A DNA stretch of 64,000 nucleotides from NCBI GenBank assembly GCA_002633005.1, contig NMRA01000030.1, forward strand, positions 1,510,453 to 1,574,452, in the 5' to 3' direction. Source of the DNA: Phoronis australis. Taxonomy: Eukaryota; Animalia; Phoronida. A program made the position numbers and the translations under genes. This document shows positions 11,632 through 24,170 of the stretch, in pieces. A model generated the notes under the pieces. The model was not told where the DNA came from, did no database searches, and was given only the letters and a program-made list of their open reading frames with translations. Positions within the stretch are counted from its first letter, which is position 1. The number at the start of each line of letters is the position of its first letter.

Positions 11632-13061
11632 GGATGCCATAGAAACAACAAAGATAAATAAAAACCCATGAAACCCAAAATGTTTATAATATATAGAATA
11701 CAGCAACAGAAAACCAAACGCAAATATGCTAAGTGAAACGCAATACAGTGGATTAAGTACAGACCACTCATTTATTGGAATTCATATATCACTGAGTGGT
11801 ATCCGCTAACTTTTATGCAAAACTTAAATTACCATATTTAGTGGAAATGAGAATTCGTCTTTTGGAGATCTGAAAAATATGTATGCGTATGACTTAAATT
11901 GAATTTCAGTCAGCTGATGTGGCGTCACTCCTCAAAAGAGTTTTCGAGGTGTAAGCTTTCAGCATTTAGCGTTTTTTTCGCCAGTCTTTGGTACGTTAGA
12001 AAAAATAGTTTGTGTACCTACTACACTGTTAGTTTTGTACATTATGACTTTATCTTACAACAAACATCTCAACCACATTCTATTTTTCTAACTCGTCAAA
12101 CTTAGCTCGAACCACCACTTCAGCAAAATATTGTCCTTGACAATTAGTAAACCCAAGTCATACCAGAAACATAACTCGCCTTACGTGTGAAACTTGAGGC
12201 GAGCTGGCAATTCAAAACCATGGGTGAAATATTTTATTGAAGACATTGAAAAAATAATTATTTTTCAGTTTCCTACTTTTCATCTAGAGCCTAGCTTTCG
12301 AACACACCTTGTGCTCTTAGTCGGGCCACTGCTCACGTCATCACATGTAGGCGTCACCTGGCGGTCGCCTACTCCACCTATTGGCTGTCACGTGAAACGA
12401 GGCGTTGGCAAATGGCAGATAACACAATACTGCTATATCTGTTTAACTCTGGCTTATTCCACATAATTTCAACCGATTCTCGGATTTTACGGTTACAGTG
12501 CTGATCCTCTCTAGCTATACCTTGACTGTGGGTTCACGAATTAAAAAAAATTGGTTTAAGCGTGGGCCTTACTAACGAAGGCGTGCAGGTGCCCGGTCCG
12601 TAGACGCAACTCGCACACTAGCGAAAATGGAAGATAACGCAAGTGTTCACGAGATACTACATGTAATACAAGCAACGCACGTGATAAAACGCTACCTTCA
12701 TACGCGAGATTCTTGCTTCTACGGAACTCAACCCAGACATATCCGATTGACCTTTCCCTTCCGGCGATTGGTCACATGCACTGTATAGTACAGTGCTTGT
12801 AGTCAAAGTAGTAAACTTTCAAGTATTTATTAAGTAGTTTACTAGAAGAAAGACAATACACAAAACACGTTTGTTATATATGTTATTGTACAAAATACCT
12901 AAGGTATATAGACCAAATGGAAGGGATACATTTATTAGAATAATTTGAACACACATAATCATGCAACGTCTACGATCCTGGTCCTGAGACAAATTTCAGG
13001 TAAGCAAGATTACAATACTTGCCAACAAAAAAAAAATACACGGCCCGGGTTTATTCATTTC

Positions 13062-14300
13062 TGGGACCGGGGTCAGTTTTTGTACTCGAAATTATGTTTG
13101 ATTTTTTTGCGAATTCAAGACAAGTGTCTCTAATTCCATGCTCGAGTACACTACGGTGTACATTGATGATTGTCTAATCCTCGCTTGCACTTGATGACCC
13201 CAGCATTAACGCTATAAGTTCCGGTCTGAACTTGAAACTTCGAGTTTTTACTGGAGTTCGTAGCTCGAATATAGAGATCATCAAGTGCGAACTTGGACAA
13301 GGCAGCCAACAACATAAACCATAATATATTCGAGCAAAGTAAAACAGAAACGTCTTACCTTGAGTTCGTACAAAAGTGGAACTGAAGCTGTCAAAAATAA
13401 TAGCAGAGGTTCTCAGACACAAGCAAAAATGTTTCTTACTCAATTACCTCTCGTCCAACATGAGAAATCTACAGGAAACCGGCTCACACCAATCGATAAT
13501 TACATTTTTTCCTGTTCACCACCCTCCCACCAAAAATTAGATGTGGCGCACTCTTCGCCACAGAGGTGAGCGTGTTGTCACGAAGGAAGAGGACAGGCTA
13601 GTGGAAAATGAATTACATATCACTCATAGAATCCCGGTTAGGTGGAAAATAAGGATAGTGTTTGGGTCGTTGTGTTATCTTCAGCCAGGGTGTCTCAGGG
13701 AAATTAGGCAGGATTTACTAGAAACTCAACGTCAATGTAAACTTTCGGTCTAAAAACCCTCTCCGCAGTCTGTTGGTCACATCCAAGGATACTACACCCC
13801 AGGCGTAGCGTACACTAGGTTGATCGTGCTTCTTGTGACGCATCTTACACTGGTGAGTCTGGACAACAGCTGAGGACTCGCATCGACGAACACCTGTAAG
13901 AACTGGTTCTCCACTATGGGCATGCTAACAGTTTTGACCTTGAGATCGACTGGGAGTCTATTAATATTATTGACAATAACAACAGAGATATTCCAAGAAA
14001 AATCTGGGAAACTATCCAGATCAAGCGTGGTGGCCCCACTATAAACAGGGACGATGGCATTTAGCTCCCACATGTCTATGATCGGGTGCTGACTGCGCAT
14101 GTGCCATCTGTGTAGGAAGTCCGTGTTATTCTGACGAAGTCCTCAGCCCATGGTGGAAGAAAGCTAAATGGATAACAAACACTTTCGCTTGTGTCTGAGA
14201 ACCTTCACTACCATGTGTCACCAAGCTGGTGAACTATTTTGGACATGTCAAAAACAACTTCGAGTTCGATTTCCAGTACAAAGATTGAACATCGGGTTCA
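13062..14300 (-). mobile_element. Reverse-oriented relative of the 1-403 MITE, interrupted by an insertion
   Basis: 13062-13330 matches the reverse complement of ~100-400 (ttcgagtttttact.gagtt.gtagc.cgaatata); 14260-14300 matches the reverse complement of 1-40. Confidence 0.62.
13660..14175 (+). mobile_element. Penelope-like retroelement 3' remnant (GIY-YIG endonuclease) with terminal hammerhead-like motif
   Basis: Across frameshifts and stops: GVSGKLGRIY*KLNVNVNFRSKNPLRSLLVTSKD..PGVAY...C...SYTGESGQQLRTRIDEHL...IDWESINIIDNNNRDIPRKIWETIQIKRGGPTINRDDG.*LPHVYD; followed by CTGACGA...GAAA. Confidence 0.82.
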
Positions 14301-14863
14301 GAGGCCACAAATGTATAGCATACACTGTATGTGATAATGATACCCTGCCGTATGCAATCACGCAACCATTAAATTGTGATATGCTTATATCTGACACAGT
14401 GACTTTCAGAGAAGAACAAATTGTTGCGTGACACTTACTACGTGTCTGCTTTATATTATACTTATTGCTGGGTTACGTAAAATCACTCAGACATTCATCT
14501 TGAACCATTTTTAAACATAAGTTCAGAAACAACTTCGTGCTTTCTGTCAAAAATAAGATTCCTTGCTCGTAAAAAACTGACGATTCGTTATTATTTCAGA
14601 CTAAACTTATAAGATCTCAGGTAACGTCGTTACCTGAAATTTTAATTGTTTGGCCTGATGAAATAGCGAAGTTTCAGTTCTTGCCGAGTCCATAGATCAC
14701 TTCTAAAGCTAGTAAGGAATAAGGCGTTACAACTTTTGTAACGGTAAGTGCCCTAAATCAAAACTCGTCTTGACAAAACACACGGGTTTAATGCATCTCA
14801 TTATATTTTAGACAATTTTCGAACTTGACACAGCTCATTGTTATATGAAAAGTAAATACTTAA

Positions 14864-15212
14864 AGCTGCATTTCGCCCTGTCCAGCTGGCTAAAAACAAA
14901 ACGCGACTTAGACCATTTAATCTCATAACAGTGTTTTCGTAATATTTCTTGCCGCGCTAGCGTTCCATTACCGTTACCAAAACGAATATCGAAACTACCA
15001 GCGACTTAAAAAATGCTTCAGATATTACTGGGGTTGGCCAAGCCTAAAATTGCGAAATTGAAAATGGCGCATGTACGCATTGGCTGTGACTTGAATAGGT
15101 AACGGAAGTGCAATTCTGTGACAGTAAGACATATTATGAGATAAATTTTATTAGAGTAAAATTCCCAATTCCATTTTTGCTTTTAACCAGCTTAACAGGG
15201 CGAAATGCAGAT
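14864..15212. mobile_element. TTAA-flanked MITE (Kolobok-like)
   Basis: TTAA|agctgcatttcgccctgtccagctggctaaaa ... ttttaaccagcttaacagggcgaaatgcagat|TTAA. Confidence 0.8.
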
Positions 15213-16687
15213 TTAAAAATATAACAGACACCTCTCAATCAAAGAGTTGGAAAGTGACAAAATCTTGAAATTTGTCATTCTGTAGTATTCAAATCAAAGA
15301 TTCTTGCCATTATCTAGTTCACAAGTGGTCAAATTATCATTAAGAAAGTTTATTTACAAAATCGTAACTTCAATAGTTGTTTTACACAAATATTCTTTTC
15401 ATGATTATCTGCTGTCATAAAATTTGGGGCGGAGTTTTCATATTGGCGCTGTCCAGAGCCATGGGAGCGCGAAAGCAACTTTCGCGTGATCCCTATTGAG
15501 ATTTAGTGGACAGAAAACCAGTTACTACATAGTGGTTAATTAATTTGAAAACAGAGAAATAAGTTCCACTGTCAGCCTATCCCATTGTTTGATTACGTTG
15601 GCTTCAATAATTTATTTTAGCTTTTGACGTCGGCTGAGATCGAAATTCCCCCGTTTTATTAGTCGCAGTCTCTGACATAGGTGTCGCGGATTCTTCACAG
15701 TGGTAAATGTATGAAACTGCTTCATCCATTGATATTTCAAGGGGTCTGCCCTTTCCAGTGAGCCTTTAATACACCCCATTGCGCAGCAGTAGACATTTAC
15801 CAGCATTACGATATCATGGGCTCTGATCGCCGTTTGGCAGATAACGAATTTCAATATGGCGCGGCTATTGCGAAAATCACCTATTGATGCTCCTTACTGA
15901 GTTTGAATTGATGACGCAACAGAACAATCAGTTGACTATTATTGACTGATCAGCGATATTTTTTATTTAGTTGTAAATTTGCAATAAAACTAGTATTACG
16001 TTACTCGTCTGTTTTGCATTTATGCATCAATGTGGAAATTATGTTGACACAGTTGAAAGAAAGTAATTTTTGAGTAGTTAATAACAATAATCACAGTGTA
16101 GTGAAGATTCCCGAAATTTGAGAAAAACTTGTAACTCGTCACTTTAGCAATTAAGTTTACGACCTAAATAGCATTTTCGAATTTTAACCCAGTACCCTGG
16201 GCCCTGAACCCATTTAAAACAGAAATCATACGCTATGTGAGAAATTTCTCGAACTACTAATTTTCGTTTCGTCACCACAGGTGACAAGACTTCAGGTGTG
16301 TTTCTGCATGCGACAATCGAGAGACTGGAAATACCAGTATAAAGGGTTGGCACTGGACTTTTAAAATCTCTTTGAAGATTTGGCCCTTGACAACAACAAT
16401 GCAGCTACGCAGTACAGCGAGCGAGTCAAAAATACGAAGTTTTGTTTCCTGCCTTTGTCGTTGTGCGATATTTTGTCATCTGATTTACCACCGCTGAATT
16501 GATGACAGGAATCACGGTAACCCATGAGATTTGTTAATGACTGTCTTGATCTGAAAGAAACACTGTCTTTATAGATAGATTGGTTCGAGTAAAGAAAGGT
16601 TAGGCCATACCTGTTTTTGGGTAACAACGACAGTAGTGGGATAAAACCCATGGATTTGAATTTTCCAACCTGTCACAGGGTCTTACT

Positions 16688-16867
16688 TTAATCTTTGAGC
16701 AGTAATCCCCATATTGCGTACAGCGGCCAGTATATTAAGTTGAAGATTAGGAAAGAGAGTGGAAATAGTTTCCTAGACTTCTTATCCACTCCGCGCGCCA
16801 ATTCCTTCCCACGGGCTTTCTTTACTGGGGGTGGCATTGTCTTCGTGACATCATCGGATCCAACCAC
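16688..16867 (-). CDS. Cys-loop chloride channel, coding exon 10 (M4, stop)
   Basis: ttttaacag|, phase 0; ...ARGVDKKSRKLFPLSFLIFNLIYWPLYAIWGLLLKD* matches the ID..SR..FP..F..FN..YW M4 motif. Joined CDS is 1203 nt = 400 aa. Confidence 0.93.
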   Translation of the reverse strand: MVGSDDVTKTMPPPVKKARGKELARGVDKKSRKLFPLSFLIFNLIYWPLYAIWGLLLKD

Positions 16868-17028
16868 CTGTTAAAAGATCAGAATGCAATTCTGGAAATC
16901 GACTTTGTGAAAGTCGCATAGTACATCAATCGACAGTTGTAAAACAATATCAGATTACGATTAACAACAACGATTGAATTACGGAAGCTACTCTCTGTGC
17001 AAATCGTTTTCCAAGCTAGTGGCAGTAC

Positions 17029-19063
17029 CATAGACATCTTGATACTATAGACCGGGCGCACGCGCTACTGCTGCTTACAACTTGAATGCTACTAGTCACG
17101 TGACACGGCTAATTGCCGTGTAAACATACGTGTAAATAGTCCTGTCAAAGCGATATCTAACAGATAAAGAGGCCGGAGAGAGCGATTGTTTCCAGAAACA
17201 TACAAAAACATGTGATGTAGCACTTACATGCGTTTTTAAGATTTAATCAGTCAATAGGGAAAATATGAAACTATAAGAAAGATCGCAACCAGTGGCATCG
17301 GATTCTCGAGTGGTCTGAGCGATTGCACGCCTGTCAATCCACTGCGAGCGTTTTATTTTTTTGTTTTTTTGTCAAGAGAAACCACTATGATCGCGCAAAT
17401 TTATCATTTAATCCGTGTCGCTCGATGCAAATACATTATATACAGGAGGCGTGCTGCTCACTCGGGACGTACTTTCGTGGTGCCCCAATAAGCCTTTTCA
17501 CTGAGTGTTGAACAATGACCCTGGGTTACTTTGTTAAATTAAAATATCACCCGGGTCGCTTTTAATCGGTTCTAAAATTAATGTGAACTACTGTGAGAAT
17601 TACCTCATTGAGGTCTTATAAATAAATGACAGGTTTTTAAAGTTCATTAGGGCGTTCTCCCGTTCAGTACAGAGGTTGTGAGCGTGCGAAAACATCTAGC
17701 TTCGTTATAAACTACCGAGCATAGTCTTTTGTCTGGTAGGACAGCATGCAGATAAATTATCTATCAGGCTTATGACCGATCTTATGTGAACACAGTCAAA
17801 CAGACAGAATAGATTGTCTTAACTTCGGTTGTAGTTGGACGATATCGGTGATTCAATAACAATAAGCTTATCAGTGTTTGATGGGCAATTCAGAAATGTC
17901 ATTGGGTTTATGTTCAAACATTTTATAACGTAACTTGTTTTTAACTGCACAGCCAAGTGAGGATATAAGATACGATCTTATCGGAGATTAGAGAAATAAT
18001 CGAACAAAAGAGAGATGACCCTCCAACCCTAATTGCCACAATGGACTAATCAGTTGTCAGTGTTACAAGATATTGGCTACAGCGGTCATCCGCCCAACTT
18101 TTTGTGATATACAACTTAACAAGTTAGAATCAATTAACGGGAGAACCCCGAAATGTATAAAGCAAAGAACACACTCAACTCCTTTCCTGTGCTTCTCTCG
18201 GAATTGCCAAAATGTTCTTCTCTCACGCACGGCAATCCTCTCTCACGAATTTGAAGTCCCCCGATCATGCACCAGGCACTTGTTGGCGTTTTGTAGTATC
18301 CCCACACCGTGTAATTGTGTGCTCACAAAGAGATCAGCCTCGCTCCCACACATTATTTCGGTTCCTTTCCATCCCCGCTCTTAATCTGGTATACGTACTG
18401 CGCGACCCTTAGCCGAGAAATATAAAATAAATTCTTCGCTCGCGCACGCTGTCTGCTTATCCCAACTCCCCGTTGCGGGGGAAGAGTTGAATAATGACAG
18501 GACAGGTTTTCACGGACGTGGGGTCATTTTTTTCATGAGCTGAAAATTCTTCAGATCAAATTTACACCATGTGAAAAAACTAACCGGGAATATTTTTCAC
18601 GGGGTCATAACTAATGCTACATCGGGTCGGTTGGGTATATTTCCACTCGGTTTCAAGTGGGAAATTCTGTATTTTGGGTAAAGTTTGGATGCGCAATTCA
18701 GTCGTACAGGTTTGATATTTTGCTTACTATGCAATTTACTTTTTTGTTCAAGTTTCGTCACAAAACAGAGAGTTCGTAAGCAAGCAGTGCAAATCTACAA
18801 AATTTCCAATATCAACTACACTGTACGACATAAGTACAGATTTTGCAGGGATTTGTTTGTTTTGATACAACAGAAGACACCTGATTTTGGAATACATATT
18901 AAAAAGTGAGTTTTTAAAGCAGAAAATATTTCAATAGAGAATACAATATTCACTTAGATGTACTGATTTTTGTCCTGCGTAGCACTCACCAATATGTCGT
19001 TATATTGACAACGGGAGCTGCATGTATCTGAGTCGCGCGTGCCCGGTCTACGTGATGTCTATG
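17029..19063. mobile_element. 2-kb non-autonomous DNA transposon with CATAG termini and 8-bp TSD (P-element/hAT-like)
   Basis: TSD GGCAGTAC at 17021-17028 and 19064-19071; TIR catagacatc...tagaccgggc versus gcccggtcta...gatgtctatg; sits in the last intron of the channel gene. Confidence 0.85.
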
Positions 19064-19098
19064 GGCAGTACCTAATTATCTAGTGCCAATTGCCTTAC

Positions 19099-19152
19099 CT
19101 GGTCGTCTTTTGCTGCTGTATCTGGTTTTGATTTCCTTGCATAAACGTTTAC
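19099..19152 (-). CDS. Cys-loop chloride channel, coding exon 9 (start of M3-M4 loop)
   Basis: ttcattccag|...|gtaagg; 54 nt, phase 0-0; VNVYARKSKPDTAAKDDQ continues the conserved EFAVVN motif. Confidence 0.88.
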
Positions 19153-20166
19153 CTGGAATGAAGAAAACTTGTTTTAACTTACAATTTTGCCATTTACCGT
19201 GGTCTGTTTACGATGGTAAAACGATTGAGTTGATTTCTACTTATTAGCTTTATGAGTACAAACTGTTCTTCATTGCAAAACTGACAAATATCCCTCGTTT
19301 GATTTTTCCGTATAAAAGTCATATTTATGAAGTAGTACATCTGGAAAAGCCAATTTTTGGAACTCTAGCCTACAAATTTACCGGGTGTTGAATAGTTTGT
19401 CGAGCAACTATATGTGTGTTCTGCGCAGAAGGTGATGATTTTTCCGGGGGAGCACTTCCACCATTTTGACAAGGCTTCACAACTAGGGAATTAATACATC
19501 CACCCTATAAAGGCCTGTATACTCACTCCGGTGTTTCTTATAGCACTTACCGGAATGTGCAGACAGATGTTCGAACACGACTTTTTGGTTAAAAACAATA
19601 GACGACAATCGGAGTGTCTAGTCGGTGGTTCACTAGTCGTATATGAGTATGAAGACAGACGTTAGACGCTAAGCGGGATCCTTAATGAGAGTTATAAATT
19701 TTAAAGGGACTTTATCGGCGAGAAATTTGAAAATATAAATTCAGCCTAAGCGTGTTATCGAATCTCCTACTTCCACTCTTCTGTCGGAGCTAAATTCCAA
19801 TCGATCAGTGACAAGTGTAGGTCTATTTTAAGCCTATTCAATTGGTCATGATTTCAACGAGCGTTTGGCAGACAACATATTTTGTTGGCTCGAAAAGTCT
19901 GTCCCATCCAATAATTACCCCAAAATGAGTTTTTGGACTTAAAAACGATACCGTTAGTTTAAAGTGGACCTGTACAATGTAGGTTGATTCGATGAAAAAG
20001 ACACCCTTCTGCATTAAATTCATCAGTCGGGAAAACCCCAGCCCTCTGAGCGACGCATTCCCGGTTTTCGCCACGTATGTAATTATTCCCTAGGGCTGAT
20101 TTCATACTAAGTCACCACCAGATAAGCCTTCTAGGTTTCAGAAATAAGAAAAGTGATAAGACGTAC

Positions 20167-20297
20167 GACAGCAAACTCCAACAACGCTGCAAACACGAAG
20201 ACTAAACAAGTGGACATCCAAACATCGATAGCCTTGACGTAGGACACTTTGGGCATAGACTGTCGACTCGAAGAACTTTGTGTCGTCATCGTCAACA
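20167..20297 (-). CDS. Cys-loop chloride channel, coding exon 8 (M2-M3)
   Basis: ttgtag|...|gtacgt; 131 nt, phase 1-0; [44 protein letters not shown]. Confidence 0.95.
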
Positions 20298-20677
20298 CTA
20301 CAACGTCACAAACGTAATTAAGTGTTTGTATGGTTATGCTATTTTCTCCGCTTATTGAATTATACACGATGATGGTTTATTATGATTGCACCGAAACGTA
20401 AGAATTGAGTGTTTGCAGGCGAGATTAAAGTCAAGAGACTAGTTGAGTCACAATGAATACTGACGGGGCTATTATTATTAATGGATTGTGCCGCTACTGT
20501 AACATTTATCGCTATTGTATAAACCATCATAACGCGACAGATGAAGTTTGTAATTAACACCGTAACGTAACGCTATGCAATCTGACCGATTTAATAAAGT
20601 GTCTGCGTAAAATTTACAGTTATTCTAGTAGTAAAACCATAACAGAAAATTTAAGTAAACAATCTTTATGCACCTAC

Positions 20678-20842
20678 CAGTTAACAATCCAACGGAGATC
20701 CTTGCAGGCACAGCCTCGATGTCAATCCAGAAGTTGACCCAAGACAACACCACAATAAGAAATGAGGGTACATAGATCTGAATGAAGTAGTACCCGATCT
20801 GTCTCAACAGATGGAACTCTATTCTGATACAAGTAAAGTTAC
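20678..20842 (-). CDS. Cys-loop chloride channel, coding exon 7 (end of loop C, M1, start of M2)
   Basis: cccccag|...|gtaggt; 165 nt, phase 1-1; [54 protein letters not shown] with the PAR anion-selectivity motif. Confidence 0.96.
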
Positions 20843-21927
20843 CTGGGGGAAGAATTATTCCATTTATAGCGATTAATTAGCCACGTATATTTTTGCAATT
20901 ACTGATGGAGAATGACATCAGTGAATTCAAAGATAAATCCATTTCTTCAGAAAACTATTTAATATTCAAACCTTTTTAATCCCCCTAATTACCACGATAA
21001 AACCTGAACAGTACATGCGGAATTAACATTATGTGGTTTGGTTAAATACAGAGGAAAAGAACTTCATCTATCGGGATCTATCAAAACCCCTGTGAATGTG
21101 ATAAATCCCATATCCCTAAAACCGAGATTGCTGAAACTTAACTGACAAATGCCATGGAGAGTAAGGCCAAGGCGGAATTGGGTCTAATAGACGTTCAGAG
21201 TCGTTCAAGAAGATTCCTAAACAAGGACGAAGTTCTTTGATCAATGTCCTTGATGTAGTGTTGTCTGTTCACGTCTACAGTAGAGTCCAGCGATACCCTT
21301 GATTGCGTGATACACGGTGCGCCACTAACAACATTGCCTCTACTGTCGCGTCGTACTGTCTATATAAAGACTGCTGCGATTGCGAAAACTAAGTGCAGAA
21401 GAACTAACAACAGAGGTTCTACTAGAGTAAATCCGCGTGTGTTATCAGAGTATAGGAAGTATGACATGGTGCGTTTTACGACCCTTCTTAATTAGTGCTG
21501 CAGCATCGACTGGCGTTCTATTGTTTAGGGGCAACTGAAGCTTTCTGTACAGCGCACATCATGTTTAACCAGGATTTTTAGCCGTCTTGCAATAACAAAG
21601 CAGTCGTATGGTCAACCAACATACAGTCCAATAGGAAAACACCGGGATATGTAAGTACTTTGAAGTGAAACAGGCTAGACACGACAAGAATCATATCTAA
21701 ATTCCCCAAAAGTGACGACTCAGTAGTCTAAAAATGAAAGTGCTGGACTGAGAGATCTACGTTCCGAAGCTTGCCCGCCCAAAGGATATAATAGTAATAA
21801 AACATTCTAAAATACTCATTATTGGCCACTCTGCGTGTGTCAAATGTCCATCCTTGTTCTTTTAAGAGCGTACGTGTCAATGTAAAAATGCTTGATATTG
21901 AATTTATAAGTTATGTAACACGCGTAC

Positions 21928-22062
21928 CTGTTTTGTACGTTTTACTGCAGTCAGAGATAGCGTGACTTGAGAGGTAGAAATGCGGTAACGTGACCTCATG
22001 AAGGTTGTCCACTGGCGTGTCTTCTTTCCACGCAAACACAAGGTCATCCATTGTGTATCCAT
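21928..22062 (-). CDS. Cys-loop chloride channel, coding exon 6 (loops B, F, start of C)
   Basis: ttttcag|...|gtacgc; 135 nt, phase 1-1; YGYTMDDLVFAWKEDTPVDNLHEVTLPHFYLSSHAISDCSKTYKTG. Confidence 0.95.
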
Positions 22063-22162
22063 CTGAAAACGACATATACACACATATATTAGAGAGTTGG
22101 AAAGAACTGAGATTAAACTAGGAAAACCAGATCAAAGTCGTGTTTTCAATACACATATACAT

Positions 22163-22165
<3 letters not shown>

Positions 22166-22217
<52 letters not shown>
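22166..22217. repeat. (CA)n microsatellite
   Basis: Perfect CA run in intron 5 of the channel gene. Confidence 0.97.
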
Positions 22218-22219
<2 letters not shown>

Positions 22220-22295
22220 ACGGCTAAGGATTTATAATGCCAAGATCATGATTAGTTTTGGTTCATTTTGAAGCTAGCACCTTCATGTAAAAGTT

Positions 22296-22312
22296 GACAG
22301 CAGGTGGCGCTA
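22296..22312 (+). promoter_or_regulatory. Candidate CTCF site
   Basis: gacagcaggtggcgcta closely fits the CCASYAGRKGGCRS core; motif match only. Confidence 0.35.
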
Positions 22313-22891
22313 GGGAAAAAGATGCCCAACCATTTCAGCTGATGTCGGGTGATTTATTAATGTTGGAAATACTGACAGCACCGCATTAATTTTTCAAAAA
22401 ACACCAACAGGAGCCAATTATGGTTTTGGTCAAACGGGACAAAAATGACAATCTTCGAAATTTTTATCGTTCTAATTTAATTAAAAATTATGCATTTTTG
22501 GTGTAAAGCAATTTCTTTCTAATCGTTAGTGAACAACAGTGTTGGATGTAGCCTGTCAAAGTTTATTCTCGAATTTTGCTTTCTACCCTACAAATTTACG
22601 AGTGACAAAACTGACATTACATAACTCCAATTCAAAAGTCGGTAACAATGTCCAGTTAAAGACAAACTATAGAATGCAGACAAAAATTACACTACTGGCC
22701 ATCGCAACTGTGACAAAATTTGCGAGATTTTATTGTAGTTCTAAGCAGGGCACTGACGGGGGTTCCGGATCACCTGGATCTCCCTCTGCTAGACCCTAGC
22801 TTTTGCCCGCCAGAATCTCTGACCAAATTACCACAAATAGAACGTTGAACAACTGACTGTTTCCTTTGTTCATTCGTTCTGTTTTACTTAC

Positions 22892-22974
22892 AACTTGCAA
22901 AATCTAATCCACACGTTTGACGATCCATTGGAAACGTAAGCAAGTCCATGTAACACGAAGCGGTCACTGACACT
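22892..22974 (-). CDS. Cys-loop chloride channel, coding exon 5 (Cys loop)
   Basis: ttgcag|...|gtaagt; 83 nt (conserved size); VSVTASCYMDLLTFPMDRQTCGLDFAS contains C-x13-C. Confidence 0.96.
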
Positions 22975-23180
22975 CTGCAACAAAACATGACGTTATACTT
23001 ACTACTGTTAAAGTCATGTTACCGGTACTCAAGAATGTACTTAAGGTAGCAGAATTATCAACTTAAACCAATAGCCGTTATAGCCATGACTTGATGTCAT
23101 TTCATTCCATTAACACATTTGGTCACAAAGTTCGTTGTAAAGAGAATTGCTTTGCTTTGATATACTTTAATGTAGCATAC

Positions 23181-23407
23181 CGTAAACTGTACAACACAAG
23201 ACCATTGCGATCGAATCTCATCAGCCGGTTGGGGACTGTCACGTGATGAAACGTGGCCTTCTTTTCATTGGTGATGAACAGATCAGGTACCCATATCGAG
23301 TCCTGGTTTCGAGGATCCACAGTTATCATATCCGCCGTTGACAGGTTACCGTAGGCGAGTCGCTGGTCAATCCATGACTGACGAATAAACATGTTGACGT
23401 GGTAGTC
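23181..23407 (-). CDS. Cys-loop chloride channel, coding exon 4 (loops D, A, E)
   Basis: aaacag|...|gtatg; 227 nt, phase 0-2; DYHVNMFIRQSWIDQRL...IWVPDLFITNEKKATFHHVTVPNRLMRFDRNGLVLYSLR. Confidence 0.96.
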
Positions 23408-23909
23408 CTGTTTGTAATGGCACAAGAGTTCAATGCAGTATTTACTTGCACCAGTATTAAAGGCACATTGCCTTTTTACTCGCCACCTGAACGAAGCACA
23501 ATCCCTGCACTAAACCTGCCAATGCCACTCTTTAGTATAGCACTGGATCACAAGTGCTCTCTTTCAATTCCAATTCGTGGTAGAAATCAAGTGTCTCATA
23601 AAAATCAAAATTTTGTTGGGCTCTGGATGTGCTAATCCTATGCGTTTCAAGTTTAGATCACAAGTTGGAAGGACATACCTTTTAATGAAATTCATTTACA
23701 GTCTCCTATATCTTATTAATTACATTACCATCATCACGTACAATCGTTTTGTATTTAACACCATGGCAGCTTGCATTTGCTCTTAGTTAACCCGAAAAAC
23801 GTGCACGATGCTGACATGCTTTGACGCATAAAAAAATGAACAAAGTTCATCTTATGATAACGTTAGCATTTTTCTGATGTCAATGATCTCGATCTGTAAT
23901 CATGGGCCN

Positions 23910-24170
23910 CGTCGTTGTTGTTTTGTGGGGTGTCGTTGTTTTTTGTGTTGTGTCGTTCTGTGGATTGGTGTTGTTTTGGGAATGATGTTGTTTTGTGGGG
24001 TGTCTTTTGCTGTTTTGTGTAATGTCTTTGTTCTTTGAGGGTTGTTGCTTTCTGAGTTGCTGCTGTTTGTGGTTTGTTGTAATTTACTGGGTTGTTGCTG
24101 TAGTTTTGGGAGTGCCACAGTCGTTTTGTGGGTTGGTGTTGTTTTGTTGGTTATAGTTATTGCCTTGTGG
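23910..24170. repeat. Degenerate GT-rich ~19-bp tandem array next to an N
   Basis: Recurrent tgtcgttgttgttttgtggg-like units starting immediately after the N at 23909. Confidence 0.75.

Noticed and set aside
18990-19030. Possible extra M3-M4 loop exon with a gtgagt donor on the - strand
   Set aside because: Available acceptors give 28 or 38 nt (frameshift or in-frame stop), and the site lies inside the 8-bp-TSD transposon.
23909-23909. Single N (another at 57771)
   Set aside because: Assembly ambiguity or gap rather than biology; intron 3 length and the region near 57.8 kb may be inexact.
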